Of a stretch of 64,000 nucleotides of DNA, positions 18,362 through 31,617 are shown piece by piece; positions within the stretch are counted from its first letter, which is position 1, and the number at the start of each line of letters is the position of its first letter. This DNA is from Chrysemys picta bellii (Eukaryota), in contig NC_088791.1 in assembly GCF_011386835.1 (NCBI RefSeq), positions 347,820,001-347,884,000 on the forward strand. The letters are read 5' to 3'. Under the pieces are notes generated by a model. It saw only the letters and a list, made by a program, of their open reading frames with translations. It searched no databases and was not told the origin of the DNA. Made by a program: the position numbers and the translations under genes.

Positions 18362-19000
18362 AGTTAAGAACATACGAACGGCCATAGTGGGTCAGACCAA
18401 AGGTCCATCTAGCCCAGTATCCTGTCTTCCAACAGTGGCCAGTGCCAGATGCCCCAGAGGGAATGAACAGAACAGGTCATCATCAAGTGATCCATCCCCT
18501 GTTGCCCATTTCCAGCTTGTGGCAAACAGAAGCTAGGGACACCATCCCTTCCCATCCTGGTTAATAGCCATTGATGGACCTATTCTCCATGAACTTCTCT
18601 AGTTCTTTTTTGAACCCTGTTATAGTCTTGGCCTTCACAACATCCTCTGGCAAGGAGTTCCACAGGTTGACTGTGTGTTGTGTGAAAAAAATACTTCCTT
18701 TTGTTTGTTTTAAACCTGCTGCCTATTAATTTCATTTGATAGCCCCTAGTTCTTATGTTATGAGAAGGAGTAAATAACACTTCCTGATTTACTTAAGTCC
18801 CAGTCTTATTAATCTCTCCTCATACAGCAGCAGTTCTCATCCTAATAATTTTTGTTGCCCTTTTCTGAACCTTTTCCAAGTCCAATATTTCTTTTCTGAG
18901 ATGGGGTGACCACATCTGCACGCAGTATTGAAGATGTGGGCGTACCATGGATTTATATAGAGGTAATATGATATTTTCTGTCTTCTTATCTGTAACATAC
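18362..19000 (-). mobile_element. CR1 LINE 3' fragment with ORF2 remnant
   Basis: Minus-strand remnants IILPLYKSMVRPHLQYCVQMWSPHLRK and [23 protein letters not shown] are CR1 RT C-terminal motifs; tail aagaacata on the plus strand. Confidence 0.85.
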
Positions 19001-19343
19001 AATAGTATTTGAGCTCATCACAAGCCACAATGGATTTATCGTCTCATACCCTATGCACAGCAGTGCAGTTATCCCCATTGTACAGAAGGGGAACTGAGGC
19101 ATGGGGAAAATGGGACCTAGCCCAAGCAAGTCCGTGGTAGAGCAGGAAATTGAATTCAGCTCTAAGTCAGCACCCTAACCCCTGGACCATCCTTTCTCAC
19201 TGTAGGAGCTTAGCACCTTCCATCTATGATAGATCAGTCCATATTTCACTCTAAACTCTGCCTTGTATTGCCATCTCCTAGGGTCAGAGTTAAGGTCACA
19301 GGATGATATTTTTGGGATTTATTTAAATATTGTGTCTGGAGGG

Positions 19344-19525
19344 TGGAGATATGCCTATCTCATAGAGCTGGACGGGACCTCAAAAGGTCATCGAGTCCAG
19401 CCCCCTGCCTTCACTAGCAGGACCAAGTACTGATTTTTGCCCCAGATCCCTAAGTGGCCCCCTCAAGGATTGAACTCACAACCCTGGGTTTAGCAGGCCA
19501 ATGCTCAAACCACTGAGCTATCCCC
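19344..19525 (-). mobile_element. Tortoise-type tRNA/CR1 SINE
   Basis: Reverse complement of the family seen at 30294-30485. Confidence 0.8.
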
Positions 19526-20664
19526 CCCCCAATGAAGTGACTTTTGAAGCCTGAGAGAGGAGATGTGTCCCCCTGGCTTTACTGTCTGGTTTTTGTAAAT
19601 GGGGTTTAGGAACCTTTTAGCACAGAGAGGTGAAGTGACTTGCCCAGTGAGCCAGGAACAGAGCCCCGGCGTTCTGCCACCCTCTCTGCTGGCCCGGGTG
19701 GTACACGCTCCGGCCTGCTTGGCTCAGGGAAGCCAGCTGATTACACTCCGGAGAACCAGCCAGTCACTAGTCCATGCTGTGTGCTCAGACCCATCTCCCA
19801 ATCCCAGCTGAACCATAGGGTTCTGGTGGCCCTGGGTAACAAGGGCTGTCCCCTACATGAATGGTGCTCATAGTAACCGGCGGGGAGGAGCGCAGAGCAG
19901 GGGAGCTTGGTGTCACTGGGGGGAAAGGGGTTGCTTCCTAGGGTGGACACCCCCTGCAGGCTGCTTTGCTGCGCGCTGAGGGTCAGCCCAGCACTGCACA
20001 GGAACCCCGGAAAGACAAAGGCCCTGTCGCAGGACACAACAGGAGGGCCGGGATGACGGGGCTGCTTTCTTCTGGCCCTTTAAATCTCCAGATAGGGAAA
20101 GTTTGGAGGAGGGATTTGAAAGGGGGAGAGGGGGCCTAATGCCTGTGGGGGAGGGGCTAGGTCGGCAGTCCCAGGTGTAGGAGAAGGCATGAAGACAGGA
20201 GCAATGGGAGTGGGGCAAAAGGTGGGGGGCAAACAAAACCTCTGAGTGGTGGCTGCAGCCTGGGTGTGTGCACGCGTGCGCCGCTCGTTCATACAGTGCA
20301 GCAGACCTATCTGGGAGACTCCCGTTCCTTCACAAACAGTGCAGCTTGTGTGAACGTGAGTCTCATCTCACAGCTGCTGGTGTGAACGCAGAGTACTCTG
20401 GAGTCGCTCTGGATTCACGCCAGTGGAAATGAGAACAGACTCTGGCCCCTATACATACAGAGCAGAGACGGGCTCACGTGCAGATCGGGCAGCGTGGCGA
20501 GGCCGTATGCACGTGTGCACACACCCACCCACCAGACCCAGCCTTTGGGCATCTCTACATGGCCCCCAAGCCCAGACACCCCTCAGCTCTGGTGCAGCAC
20601 CAGCTGGACCCCTGGCAGGGCAGGACGGGGCCCAGCCTGGCAGCCCCACCTTGGCCGCGAGAGC

Positions 20665-23600
20665 TCAGTCCAGGCCAGTGTAGGTGAGTTCGGCCATGCC
20701 GTCGGGGATGGCCCGGAAGTACTCCAAGCTGGTCCTGTGCATCTTGCACTGGTACTTGCCACAGGTCTTGACGTACTGCAGGAAATGGGGCGCGCCGGGG
20801 AAGACCACGTTGTCGGCCACAATGGTGGCTCCCTCGAGCAGCAGGCCGTGGGCCTCCAGCAGCTGCAGGTCCCGCAGGTAGCAGCGCTTCCAGTGGTCCA
20901 TGAAGACAAAGTCGGCCTTGAGCAGGCCGTGCTTCTCCTTCAGCTGCGGGATCACCTCCTCTGAGGCGCCCACAATCAGCTCCACCTGCGCTGGGGAGAG
21001 GTGGGGAGGTCAGCGGGGGGTCCCCCCCAATGAACAGCATGGCCCTCCTGCGGGATTTCATGGCACGGTGCAAACCAAGGGGCCAACCAGCCTGGGATCG
21101 GCCCTTTAAAATGCAACCGTCTCTGGGGCGGAATTCAGCAGCTTGTTCAACAGCCAACTGGAACGCTGCTCGGCCATTTGAGACAGGAAGTGGAGAGGAG
21201 TAGCTCAGCCAGTTGAAACCACAGGGGGACCGGAGGCAATTGACACTCAGATCACACAGTCTGGGGAAGTGAGGCTACGAGATTGGGCGTTAACCAGTGT
21301 CTGGGCCAAATTCCGAGCCAAGGAATTCTGTTCTCCCATCTGCAATTCCCTTGGCTGGGGCCTATGCTGGCTGCTGCCCCCCGGTGCTGGAGCAGAAACG
21401 CTGTCGGGTTCTGCCCCCAGAACCACTCTCTCCTGGCAGCCTCTTTTCACTGAGGCTAGTTCAGAATAAGCTGGGAGCCAGCCATGCCTCTATAGTCCAT
21501 GGAAAGCACTGGGGGAGGGGGCTACTCACAGTGTCCTCGTCGAAGCCGGCCAGGCGGATGACCTTCTCGGCCACTGCGGCATTGCGTGGGTCCATCTCCA
21601 CGGTGTAGAGCCGGGCACCCATGGGCAAACACTGGGCCATGAGGATGGTGGCGTAACCACAGTACGTGCCCAGCTCTAGCACGGTGAGCGGCGTGTTCTC
21701 ATAGATCAGACGGTCCAGGATCTTACCTAGAGGGCAGAAGGAGCCTCGCCAGGTCAGCTCACCTGGAGATGCGCGCGCCCCCTCCAGCCCCACACTCTAG
21801 GTAACCCACCCAGAAGGTGGAAAAGCCTGATGGGGCCATCTGGGCTCCCCAACCTTGGCCAGGGCAGGACTGTCCCCTGAGGTCTGTTCCCCAGGGCTCT
21901 GTCCTCTCCAGTTCTGATCACCCCAGGTAACACGGCTCCTAACCGGGGGAACTGATGTAAATCAAAAAGCGTTAAATCACCAGTTTTAATCGGCAAGGAG
22001 GAAACCTTGTTTTAAATCATCCATTTCAATCACGTTTTGCATTTGTACTTTTTCGTTACGTTTCCTCATGAAAGATTGTGGCTCACTGGTTTGTTACCAT
22101 TGAAACATGTTGAGTTGCAAATAAATCTAGCCTCTGTAACTAAATGGGGGGCTTGTTTTGCCAACCTCCCGGAGGCTGAGCGACAGCTATACACATTGAC
22201 TTAAGCAATGACTTCGCTTCATGGGCATTTCTTTAGATTCTTCATTTTTAGGTTTTTTTGTGTTAGAAAATTGTGAATGATGCATTTCCTTTTACTAGAT
22301 GGTTAACTTTTTACTTGTGATTTGTGTGAAGATCTATTTGAATAGAAATTCAAATTCAATTAAAAATGCAAAAGAAAAAAAAGAAAAATTTAAACTAAAA
22401 CTACCTTACATATGCTCAGGGCCGCCGAGAGCGGGTTCGGGCCCCCCAGCAAGGGCGGTGAAAATTTTTTTTCCGGGTCCCCCGGCAAGGGCGGACCGGC
22501 TAAACAGGGCCAACGAGAGCGGGGGAAGCCGGGCCCTGGGCCCCCTTCTGGACCGCCGGGCTCCGGTAAGGCGACGAGAGGGAGGGAAGCCGGGCCCTGG
22601 GCCTCCTTTCAGACCGTCGGGCCCCAGTAATTTGTACCGGCTTTTACCCCCCTCGTCGGCCCTGAATATGCTGCATACATAAGAAAAAAAAGTTTATCAA
22701 AACATATTTTTTATGTAAAACTAACTGATTTATTAAACCAAGGAAGTATGATGTGTCGTTAGTGAACTGAACTGATTGTTTCTGGTCACCACGTCCTTCA
22801 AGATTTTAGAACTAGTCGATCTCACCCTCTCACATACCTTGTTTTTATTCAGAGATTGGAAAAGGAATACAAGCTTTCCTGCTTTTTCAATTCTCACCTG
22901 GTTTAGGACATTGAATGAACTAGTCATTGAATCAAAGTGGCTGAATAAACTGAAATGAAGAAAATATTCTCGTTGCAGCCGTAGAAAAGGCTACTGGTAT
23001 CAAAAGCTCGTTTAGCCCTTCAACAAAGTCTGGGTCCAAGGTCCGGTGACTTCCACCAGTTCAGTAATTTCACTTTTTGAAAAACTTGGCAGCAAACATG
23101 CACTACTTAGTATTTTGTGTATTTAATTTAGATTCTAATAAATTATAATAAGTTTAGGCCTTAACATAGGTTGCCAATTTCAAATTTAATTTTAAAGAGG
23201 TTTATTTAAATCCAAATAAACCTTGTATTTAATTTAAATGTTAAAAAATCCAATTTAAATAAAATAAAATCTGTTTTTTTTTTTAAATCATCCTTTTTTA
23301 TCCATCCTGGCTCTCAGCCTCACCATCTGAGTGATGCTTCCCAGAGATCCTGTTCTTGGGACAATGTCTTTGAGAGGCTACCGAAAAGTCCCACTTCACC
23401 CCATTACTTCCAGCTGCTTCTAAGGAGGCAGAATGGCCTTGTGGTCAAGACACAGGGTTTGGCATTAGAGCTCCTAGGTTCTGCTCCCAAGTGCTGCCAC
23501 AGTGATCTCAGGCAAGTTACTTTCCTGCTTGGTGCCTCAGTTTCCCTGTCTGCAAGGAAGGTAGCAGTTAGAGGCTAGTGTTTGTACAGGGCCTTTAGGT

Positions 23601-26600
23601 GCTGTGTCAGTGCTGAATAATAATAAACATTTGGCGCTCCTTGAAGGGTAGGTGCTAGAATAGGGCAAACTCTGAGTTTTCTTCACTGCCTTAAATGATT
23701 CCCCCCACTCCTTGACTTTTTACACCCTGGAACTCAGTTTACAAGTGGCTTTGCTCAATTCCTCGCATAGATCAGACTCTGTCCAGCAGAGGGCGATGAT
23801 GACATATACATAGCGGCTCTTATAAATAGTCCCCGTTCCTCCCAACCATATCCCATTCCTCCCAGGAAAGCTCTAATGGGGGGGTGATGCTGCTGGAGAG
23901 ATTCCCCTCCCCGGCTCCCCACCAGCTAACAGGGAATGCAGCCCCCACTGCTGATGTCCCACGTTGTTCAAGGGGAGGCGCTGGGTTAAGCACAGCTGTG
24001 CTCCCCCATACATGCCACCCCAGCTGCGGGTGGGACTACGTGATGTGCTGGCCCTATAGACAGCAGGCAATTTCTCCCCCTACCCTCAAACTCGCTCGCG
24101 CGCCTCCCGACGACGCAGCCCTGTTCTCAGCGCGCGTCTGGCAGGCGGGTCCGTAATCACGGAGCACTTTAGTCTGTGCCGTGGGCTCATGGCAGTGAAA
24201 GGCCAAAGGGTTTTGCAATGCTGGGACCACTGCCCTAACGCGCCAGCCATCAGCCTGAGCAAAGAATGGGGCCGCCGGCTGCGGCAGTCTCAGAAGGCAG
24301 GGAGTGTGCACTGCACGTAGGGGGACATTTACCTCTGGCACCACATACAGTCTCAAAATGGGGTTTCAGTGGGACTCCTAGGGTACTGGCTGTGACACTC
24401 CGCACCCCATACTCACCATAGGAATATGATTATGATATAATTATGATGCATCTTGTACAGATATGTCATTGCAGCCAAAGACTGAACGGCCGGGGAGGCT
24501 AATTCCCCCATCCCCTAGATCAGGGTTCCTGCAGGTCTGGGGATACTTCACTGAGGCTACTGGAAACAGAGACCCCGTGGTTCTCACTGGCCCCCAGGGC
24601 TCAGTGGCTGACGCAGCCTGTGCTGTTTAGTTTCCTGGCACGGCTCCTCCCTGAGGCCTGGGCTGGCAGCTGTGGACGGGACCCCCCGGGACACGGCTCT
24701 CCCGATAGCGTGCTGCTGCTCTCCGGTCCCCCGAGGAAAGCCGGGGTCTAGGCTGGCCATCGTGAATCAGCGCTGGGCCAGACCCAGGTGTATTTGTTTC
24801 CTGGCACGGCCCTGGCGTGTTTCCAACGTCAGCACCTCCCACCCAAAGCGGCTGCTCTGTCCTCCCAGGCTCAGCAGGCTGGAAACTTAACCCTCTGCCT
24901 GCAGCTCCTGGTATAAACCAGGGGACCCTCCCCCCTCCTCCACAGGGAGCGCAGCTGAGCAGGGGGCAGGTCTGGCCAGGCCGGCTTCCCCACACTGCTC
25001 CCTCTGTGGGAGCCAGGCATTGCCCGGACCAGGGACCCTGCCCGAGCTGGCTACTTCAGGCACCCGCAGCCCTGGGCTGGCTCATTTTAGGAGGGCTTGG
25101 GGGGCTGTAGCAGGAAGGCTCCCTGGAAGTCAGTCTCAGACTCCTCACCAGGAACTCTCCCTCCTGGCCTGCTCACTGGAACATCCTAGCTGTGGGGGGC
25201 TGGGGCTGGCCTCGCCTGCCCAGGCCTGCTGAGAGAACAAAGGGAGGGCCTAGATGAGCTCCCCTGTAGCTCCAGGGGAGCTACCCAGGGCTTGGGGAGC
25301 CAAGGGAGCACGGTTCTAATCCTAGCTTCCCACATGGGAGTGTTCATTAGTGATTGTGTCTATAGGAGACATTTTCATCCCCTCCCACTGGGAGGCCAGG
25401 AGTCTGTTCTTCCCCCAGCGTGGGGGCTTCTGCTGCAAAACTCTTCCCCATGGAGCCATCTAGTGAGGATTCAAACCCCCTGTGATGTTGCAGTCTATAT
25501 GATTTTATAAAATATGCTAATGAGTGAATATAATGTAACTGGAATATGCTTCGTGCAAAAGGTCTCTTGTAAAGTATCATTACAAAGCTCATAATCTACT
25601 GAGTGTGATCATCCTATTAGTATAAACGTACCACTCTTGTATCTGAACCTAGAAATATAAAATATAACTCTGAGGACCTATTGTCATTATGCAAAGTTTG
25701 GGCCATTAATGGTGGTTTGGAATCTTGATGACTCCCATTAACCAGGACAATTGTCTGCAGGTGGCTGTGTTTTACCTGTAAGTCTCCCTGTATATGTGTG
25801 CTGGCAAGTGGGCAATGAAGTCTTGCAGTGACATGTGATCATGTCACCTGAACTGGAATCCATTTTTAACCTGGTGCATTTCCAGTGAAGGGGGGTGGAA
25901 ACCCATAGGGACAAAGGGTTCCCGCCTTATGCAAAAGATATATAAAGGGGTGGAAGAGAACAAAGGGAAGGAGGAGCCAGCATGAGGAATCCCCTAGCTA
26001 CCACCTGAGCTGGAACAAGCTCTGTACCAGGGGAAAGAATTTTGCCCAGGCCCGGAAGGTGTCCAGTCTGAGGAAAAAACGTACTGAAGCATCTCTGAGG
26101 GTGAGATTATCTGTATTCAGTTTGATTAGACATAGATTTGCCCATTTTATTTTATTTTGCTTGGTGACTTACTTTGTTCTGTCTGTTACTACTTGGAACC
26201 ACTTAAATCCTACTTTCTGTATTTAATAAAATCACTTTTTACTTATTAATTAACCCAGAGTATGTATTAATACCTGAAGGAGCAAACAGCTGTGCCTATC
26301 TCTCTATCAGTGTTATAGAGGGCGAACAATTGATGAGTTTCCCCTGCATAAGCTTTATACAGGGTAAAACGGATTTATTTGGGTTTAGACCCCATTGGGA
26401 GTTGGGCATCTGAGTGCTTCTGAGTGCTAAAGACAAGCACACTTCTGTTAGCTGTTTTCAGGTAAACCTGCCGCTTTGGGGCAAGTGATTCAGACCCTGG
26501 GTCTGTGTTGGAGCAGACGGAGTGTCTGGCTCAGCGAGACGGTGCTGGGGCCCCAAGCTGGCAGGGAAGGCAGGGGTAGAAGTAGTCTTGGCACATTGGG

Positions 26601-27934
26601 TGGCAGCTCCCAAGGGGGTTTCTGTGATCCAACCCGTCACCCCCCAATCTGGCTTAGCTACAGCTGCTGCTTTGACTACTAGGCAGCATGGTCCTGGCTA
26701 ACAGAGCTCGCTCTCTAGAAGCCTTGGAGGGGAAAGGTCGGGCAGCTCCCGCAGCAGCTATTCTAGAGCCAGATCTATTTTGAGGGAAGAATCCCTGCGC
26801 TGGCCTCGCACACTCGACCGACGTCCACGGATAGCGCAGAGTTCCCTGCAGAACGTGCATTCATTCTGGCTCTGCCAGGGTGGGGTCTCAGGCCTGGCTC
26901 ACGTGGAATTTGACTGGGCTAAAGAGAATGACAGCGTCTGGGTGCTAAATGTTAATCCCCTGCACAGGTCTGTCCTGCCCACCCGCCTCTGCCTGGTTCA
27001 AAGGGAGAACAACAGCACAAAGACACCATGATGAGCTGGCTAGTGGCTGTGTGCACCACTGCCCTGTTCTAGGTGGAGTCAGGTCTGCTCTCCTGTGTGT
27101 CATAAGCCCTATACTGCACAGCTGTTAATGGGGATTCTCACTTGGCAGAGGCTGGAGCAGAAGGAGCTGCGTTCCATGCCCAGTGTTGAAGTTCTGAGCA
27201 ATCATGCTGGACAGCACAGGAATGTAGTAAGAGGGCCAGGCTGGTGCTGGGGCAGAAGCCCTGCTGTTGTCACCACAGTATATGATTCAGCAGGGAGCGT
27301 GCTGGGGCAGCACTGAATTAAGGCCCCAGTGTGATGATGAGGGGCTGCATAGGGCAGGAGGGGACATAAAACGCGTTACTTGTGGCCACTAACGCTCACC
27401 GGGTATTTCTCACACGAGTTGTGGGGTTAATGCATGATATAAAAACGTAATAGAATGAGACTGAACTCCTGTGTCCTGGCCAAATTCCATCTGGGGTAAT
27501 TACAGTACTTTTTACACCTCCCTACATTGCCAGTGGATTTGCTATTTCCCCCCTCTTCCTCTCTCAAATGGTCATGTGACGTTGCTGTGTGCTGTTGAAC
27601 CGCTGCTGGGTTCCGCCCCAGAGGCGGCTGCATTTCAGTGCCGCACCCCCTCCAGGCTGGGCGAGCCCTTACCTTTGTGAGGCCCCACGTTGCTGAGGTA
27701 CTCGCAGTGGTAGCACCACTGGTCGAAGGTCTCGAGGATGTGGTGGGGGTCGCCGGGGATGGCATGCGTGAGGACGTACTGGAAGGCCCGCTCCTCCCGG
27801 GAGATGCCCGTCAGGCAGTCCTGCAGCCGGCGCACCAGCACCGCCCGGTAGAAGAGCAGGAAGTAGTGCCGGTAGCGGATGATCAAGGTGACCAGGAAGG
27901 GGATGAAGGCCAGAGCAATGGCTGGGGAGACCAT
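20665..27934 (-). CDS. TOMT: Transmembrane O-methyltransferase; exons 27934-27673, 21726-21530, 20985-20665 (780 nt, 259 aa)
   Basis: N-terminal TM segment [25 protein letters not shown]; SAM-binding [10 protein letters not shown]; DHWK, DNV and LEY motifs. Intron phases 1 and 0 join in frame. Lies convergent with ANAPC15, as in human. Confidence 0.95.
21945..23310 (-). mobile_element. Decayed hAT transposon with a transposase C-terminal remnant (TOMT intron 1); boundaries approximate
   Basis: Minus-strand remnant near 22830-22990, ...RIFSSF...[17 protein letters not shown], resembles the hAT dimerisation domain; AT-rich subterminal ATTTAAAT repeats. Confidence 0.55.
22417..22664. mobile_element. 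GC-rich hAT MITE nested in the decayed hAT element
   Basis: TIRs CAGGGCCG / CGGCCCTG; TSD catatgct/aatatgct. Confidence 0.8.
25481..26640 (+). mobile_element. Solo LTR, about 1.16 kb (TOMT intron 1)
   Basis: TGTGATG...GTCAC termini flanked by ccccc on both sides; internal TATA-like gatatataaa and AATAAA. Confidence 0.75.
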
Positions 27935-29387
27935 CTCAGCAGCAGTGCAGAGCAGAGGGTGGGTGGGAGCCCCACAGACCTAGACACCAAAGGGTGGGTG
28001 AGGGGGCCGGAGCATGGATCCATCTGGGTGAGTGTAACCTGCTGGGCCAGGGATGTTACGTATCCTCCTCGAGCAGCGGGCCCACATCAGAGGATAACAG
28101 CCTACTACTACTACAGCTACCAGCGATTTCATACCCTTCGCTTGCTGCTTGTGAGCTCACCGGGACGGGAATTGTATCTTCCTAAAGCGTTGGAAAAGCT
28201 TGTGAGATCTACCATAATACAGCTGAGGCATAACCTAGCTAATGGGGGTGTGTGTGGGGATTTTTATGTCCCATTCCCCCCCTCCCGCCCCGCCCCGCCT
28301 CCTGTGGCAGACGGAGAGCCCAGCTGCTGCGTGTCAGCGTCGGAGCAGAGCTGTCAACATGTGGAGACCGTTCACAAGGGACAATCAGCCAGAATACATT
28401 GTGGGGGCGGTTAGGTTCCCAGCCCAGGAAGAGTCTGGTTTGGCCTCATCTGGCACTTTACACATATTACAGTAACTACTTAGTTGCTGTACTCCTCTCT
28501 TGTAGGTGCAATCCCCTCCCCCCCCCATGTTGCAGATGGGGAAACTGAGGCACAGAGCCATTACAGCCACAGTCTCCAAACTTGGGCATCTGAAGTGAAG
28601 CACAAAAGCCCTGAGGTTTCTTAGGGGCTGGTCACCCCGCAGTTCCCACCAAAGCTGAGAGAAGCTGGAGGCGCTCGGCCCGCTCGGGATTTCAAAGCCT
28701 CTCTCTGGGCGCCCGTTTGAACGCCCCAGGTCAGAGGCTCACGTTGCATCGTCTCTGTTACAGTGGGGTCGGGAGCCACTGACGCCAGCGGTTACTGTTA
28801 CCAGCCTCAGCGCCTGGCTCAGGCCCTCGCTCCGCCCTCGAGCCGCGCTGCCTCTGGCTCTGGCGAGTGGCCCCTCAGGTGGGCCAGGTCTGGCTGGCTC
28901 GCTGGCGGAAGGAAGCTCCCTGCAGCCCTACACCCAGGTCACACCGGCCCTACAGCTGTCCCTTGCTATGGGAGCTTCCCCAAAACTCGGGGCCTGGATT
29001 TCCCAGGCGTGAGGGGACAGGGAGCAGATTTCAGCCCGTGTGACCCGTCTGCAGAGGTTACCTGGCTGTCTGCAGGAAAGGGCGAGGTGATGGCTCAGCC
29101 TGGGGTCTGCTCACGGCTACAGTAGCGAGTGGCCCGAGCGGCCCCCCCCGGCGCGTTTGTGCGTGTCACTGAGAGCAGGAGCTCGCCGGTAGCTGTTTAA
29201 ATCAACCCTGAGATTCTCCTTCACACGGATAAGACTCAGGGGGCCCCCCCGGCCCCGAGTCTGGCTTTCCATCAGGAAATCCAGTTACCAGGCTCCTCAG
29301 GAGTTTCTCCAGCGTCGGAGGCCCCCCAAGGTGGCGCAGAGCTGCCCCAGCTGTCCCTGTGCCAAGTCCCACTGCAGCCTATGGTGC

Positions 29388-29515
29388 CGGTGTAACCCCC
29401 ACAGACCCCAGTCGTTGGCGGGCGGGATCAAACCGGGGACCTCTGAGCTTAGTGCATGAGCCTCTAGTGCTGCGTGAGCTAAAAGCCGCATCCCTTCCCC
29501 CAACACCCCCGTCTC
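29388..29515 (-). mobile_element. tRNA-derived SINE of a second family
   Basis: Minus strand reads gcggcttttagctcacgcagcactagaggctcatgcactaagctcagaggtccccggtttgatcccg, with degenerate A- and B-box-like segments. Confidence 0.55.
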
Positions 29516-30293
29516 ACGCCCCACTTCCACCAGGGCATGAAGTGTAGCCAGAGGAAAATGCTGCCTCTTGGATTCCCCTTAGCCAGCCTCGGGCTCCCCG
29601 CCCCAGAGCTGTTCGGAGGGCCTTGCCCCAGTATCTGCTGCCGCTGTATCTTCCAGCTAGGGCTGCCCCTGTCTCCCACGTTGCCTGTAGCTAGCATGAG
29701 ATGAGATGAGCGCCTACCTGTCTGTTCCTTGCCAGCCTGCAGCCAAGGGATGGTCTGCGGAGCCTTTTGGCGCTCGCCCGGGCACCGCTGGCAGTGAGAG
29801 ACCAGCTGCCCTCCCTCAGCTTCGCTACCCACTCAATTATTGATTGTGTAACCCAATACACTGCAGGAGCCCAGCTCGGGTTACTGGCCCCGTCTGTGCA
29901 GGCCGCGGCGCTGCCCCTTTACCGGGCAGCGTCGCTGGGCTGAGCCCCCTGGCACTCTGCTGGGCTGAGCCCCCTGGCACTCTGCTGCGGACACCCTGGA
30001 AAGGTTCCTCTTCTCTAGGGGCACCTCGGCCATTTCCAGGGCAAGGGCACCGGGCATATGGTGCACCACTGCCCGGGGGGGGGGGGAGGGGGCAAAGAGC
30101 TGCAGGCAAAGTGCAGTCAGCAGATGTTGCTGAATGTCGATGGTCCGTCCGGTTTGCACCAGCCACTTTCCACGCTGCGGGGGCAGATCTTACTCATGGT
30201 GCTTTGGCATTTCAAAGAACTGGGCTAATTGCTGGCCAGCCCCTCTGGAGGTCGGGTATCATAATTAACACCCTAGGGTAAAGCTAGGAGCAA

Positions 30294-30485
30294 GGAGGGA
30301 TAGCTCGGTGGTTTGAGCATTGGCCTGCTAAACTCAGAGTTGGGAGCTCAATCCTTGAGGGGGCCACTTAGGGATCTGGGACCAAATCAGTACTTGGGCC
30401 TGCTAGTGAAGGCAGGGGGCTGGACTCGATGATCTTTCAAGGTCCCTTCCAGCTTTATGAGGTAGGTATATCTCCATATATATTA
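30294..30485 (+). mobile_element. Tortoise-type tRNA/CR1 SINE
   Basis: ggagggatagctcggtggtttgagcattggcctgctaaa... head followed by ...ggtcccttccagctttatgag tail. Confidence 0.82.
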
Positions 30486-31357
30486 AGGAAGTTAGGGGAT
30501 TTGCCCAAGGTCATGAAGACAGTGTCCTATGTATCTATCTTTGGGTTTTCTCCGGCAAACTTTGCCATCATATCTAAGTGCTTCCCAGGGAAATTACATC
30601 TGCTGGGCAAGGTTCCCAGTAGGTCTCCTGGAGGCTTCTGCTCCTTTCTCTTCCTGGGCACGGCAGGAAATCCATAGTGAGGAGGAGGCTCTTCACGCCC
30701 AGCAGTAGCCGGATGCTGGATTCATCTCATTTCCTTGGCAAACTTATTCCGTAGCCAAATCCCTCCCCCGGCAAACGGCTTGGGCCCGAGCCTCAGCTGG
30801 TGTCTCAGTGCAGCTCCACTGCTGTCACATCGGTTTACACCATGTCAGACTCTGGCCCTGTACCTCTCACTCCTGCACTCTGGGGCTGCACTGTCCCGGA
30901 GGGCACAATTGCCTGGGCAGGCCACGACTCACAGCTGGAGATGAGTCCCGCCCTGTCGATAAGAGGGGTTTTGGGGGCTCCTAAGGAGAGTCAATCCAAC
31001 CCCCCCCCCCGAGTCTCCCAGACAAACCTCTGTGTCTTTGGTTTTCTATCTATCCCAAGGGACTAATAACAATGAGTTGCAGTGTTTCATCGATGGATCT
31101 GAAAGCACTTGACAAAGATGGAGTCACAGGCGTAGCCCCGTGCTACGGATGGGGAAACCGAGGCACGGAGAGATGGGGAAACTTGCCCCAAAGGCCTCAT
31201 TGCAAACAGGAATCTGAACGATTTGTGGTATTTCCAGGGCACACATCACCCTCCCCTCTGCAAGCCGGGTGGTTATGGCGGGTCCCCTGTCACCTAGTCC
31301 CTTTTCTCTTACCGTTCCACCCTGTTTTCCACAGTGAGATTTCCTATAGTCCAAGAG

Positions 31358-31580
31358 AGGCACTGCCTCTTTGGGACCTCAGCTGTAACCACAGAGCCTG
31401 TCCCCCCAACCCCTGGCTACAGCCCCATTACCCGCCCCCATCTCTGACAGGCACTGCCTCTTTGGGACCTCAGCTGTAACCACCGAGCCCGTCCCCCCAA
31501 CCCCTGGCTACACCCCCCCTTTACCTACCCCCATCTCTGACAGGCACTACCTCTTTGGGACCTCAGCTGTAACCACAGAG
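31358..31580. repeat. Tandem repeat, about 91-nt unit x2.4
   Basis: aggcact(g/a)cctctttgggacctcagctgtaacca recurs near 31359, 31450 and 31542. Confidence 0.8.
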
Positions 31581-31617
31581 CCTATCTGCCAGGCAACCCA
31601 GGATTAGGGTGACCGGA

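Noticed and set aside
27638-28414. 258-aa plus-strand ORF
   Set aside because: Its first part is the antisense shadow of TOMT exon 1 and the remainder has no recognisable homology.
30294-30370. tRNA-like sequences here and at 4660-4729, 19460-19525 and 29440-29515
   Set aside because: They have degenerate cloverleaves fused to SINE bodies and CR1 tails, so they are SINE heads rather than tRNA genes.
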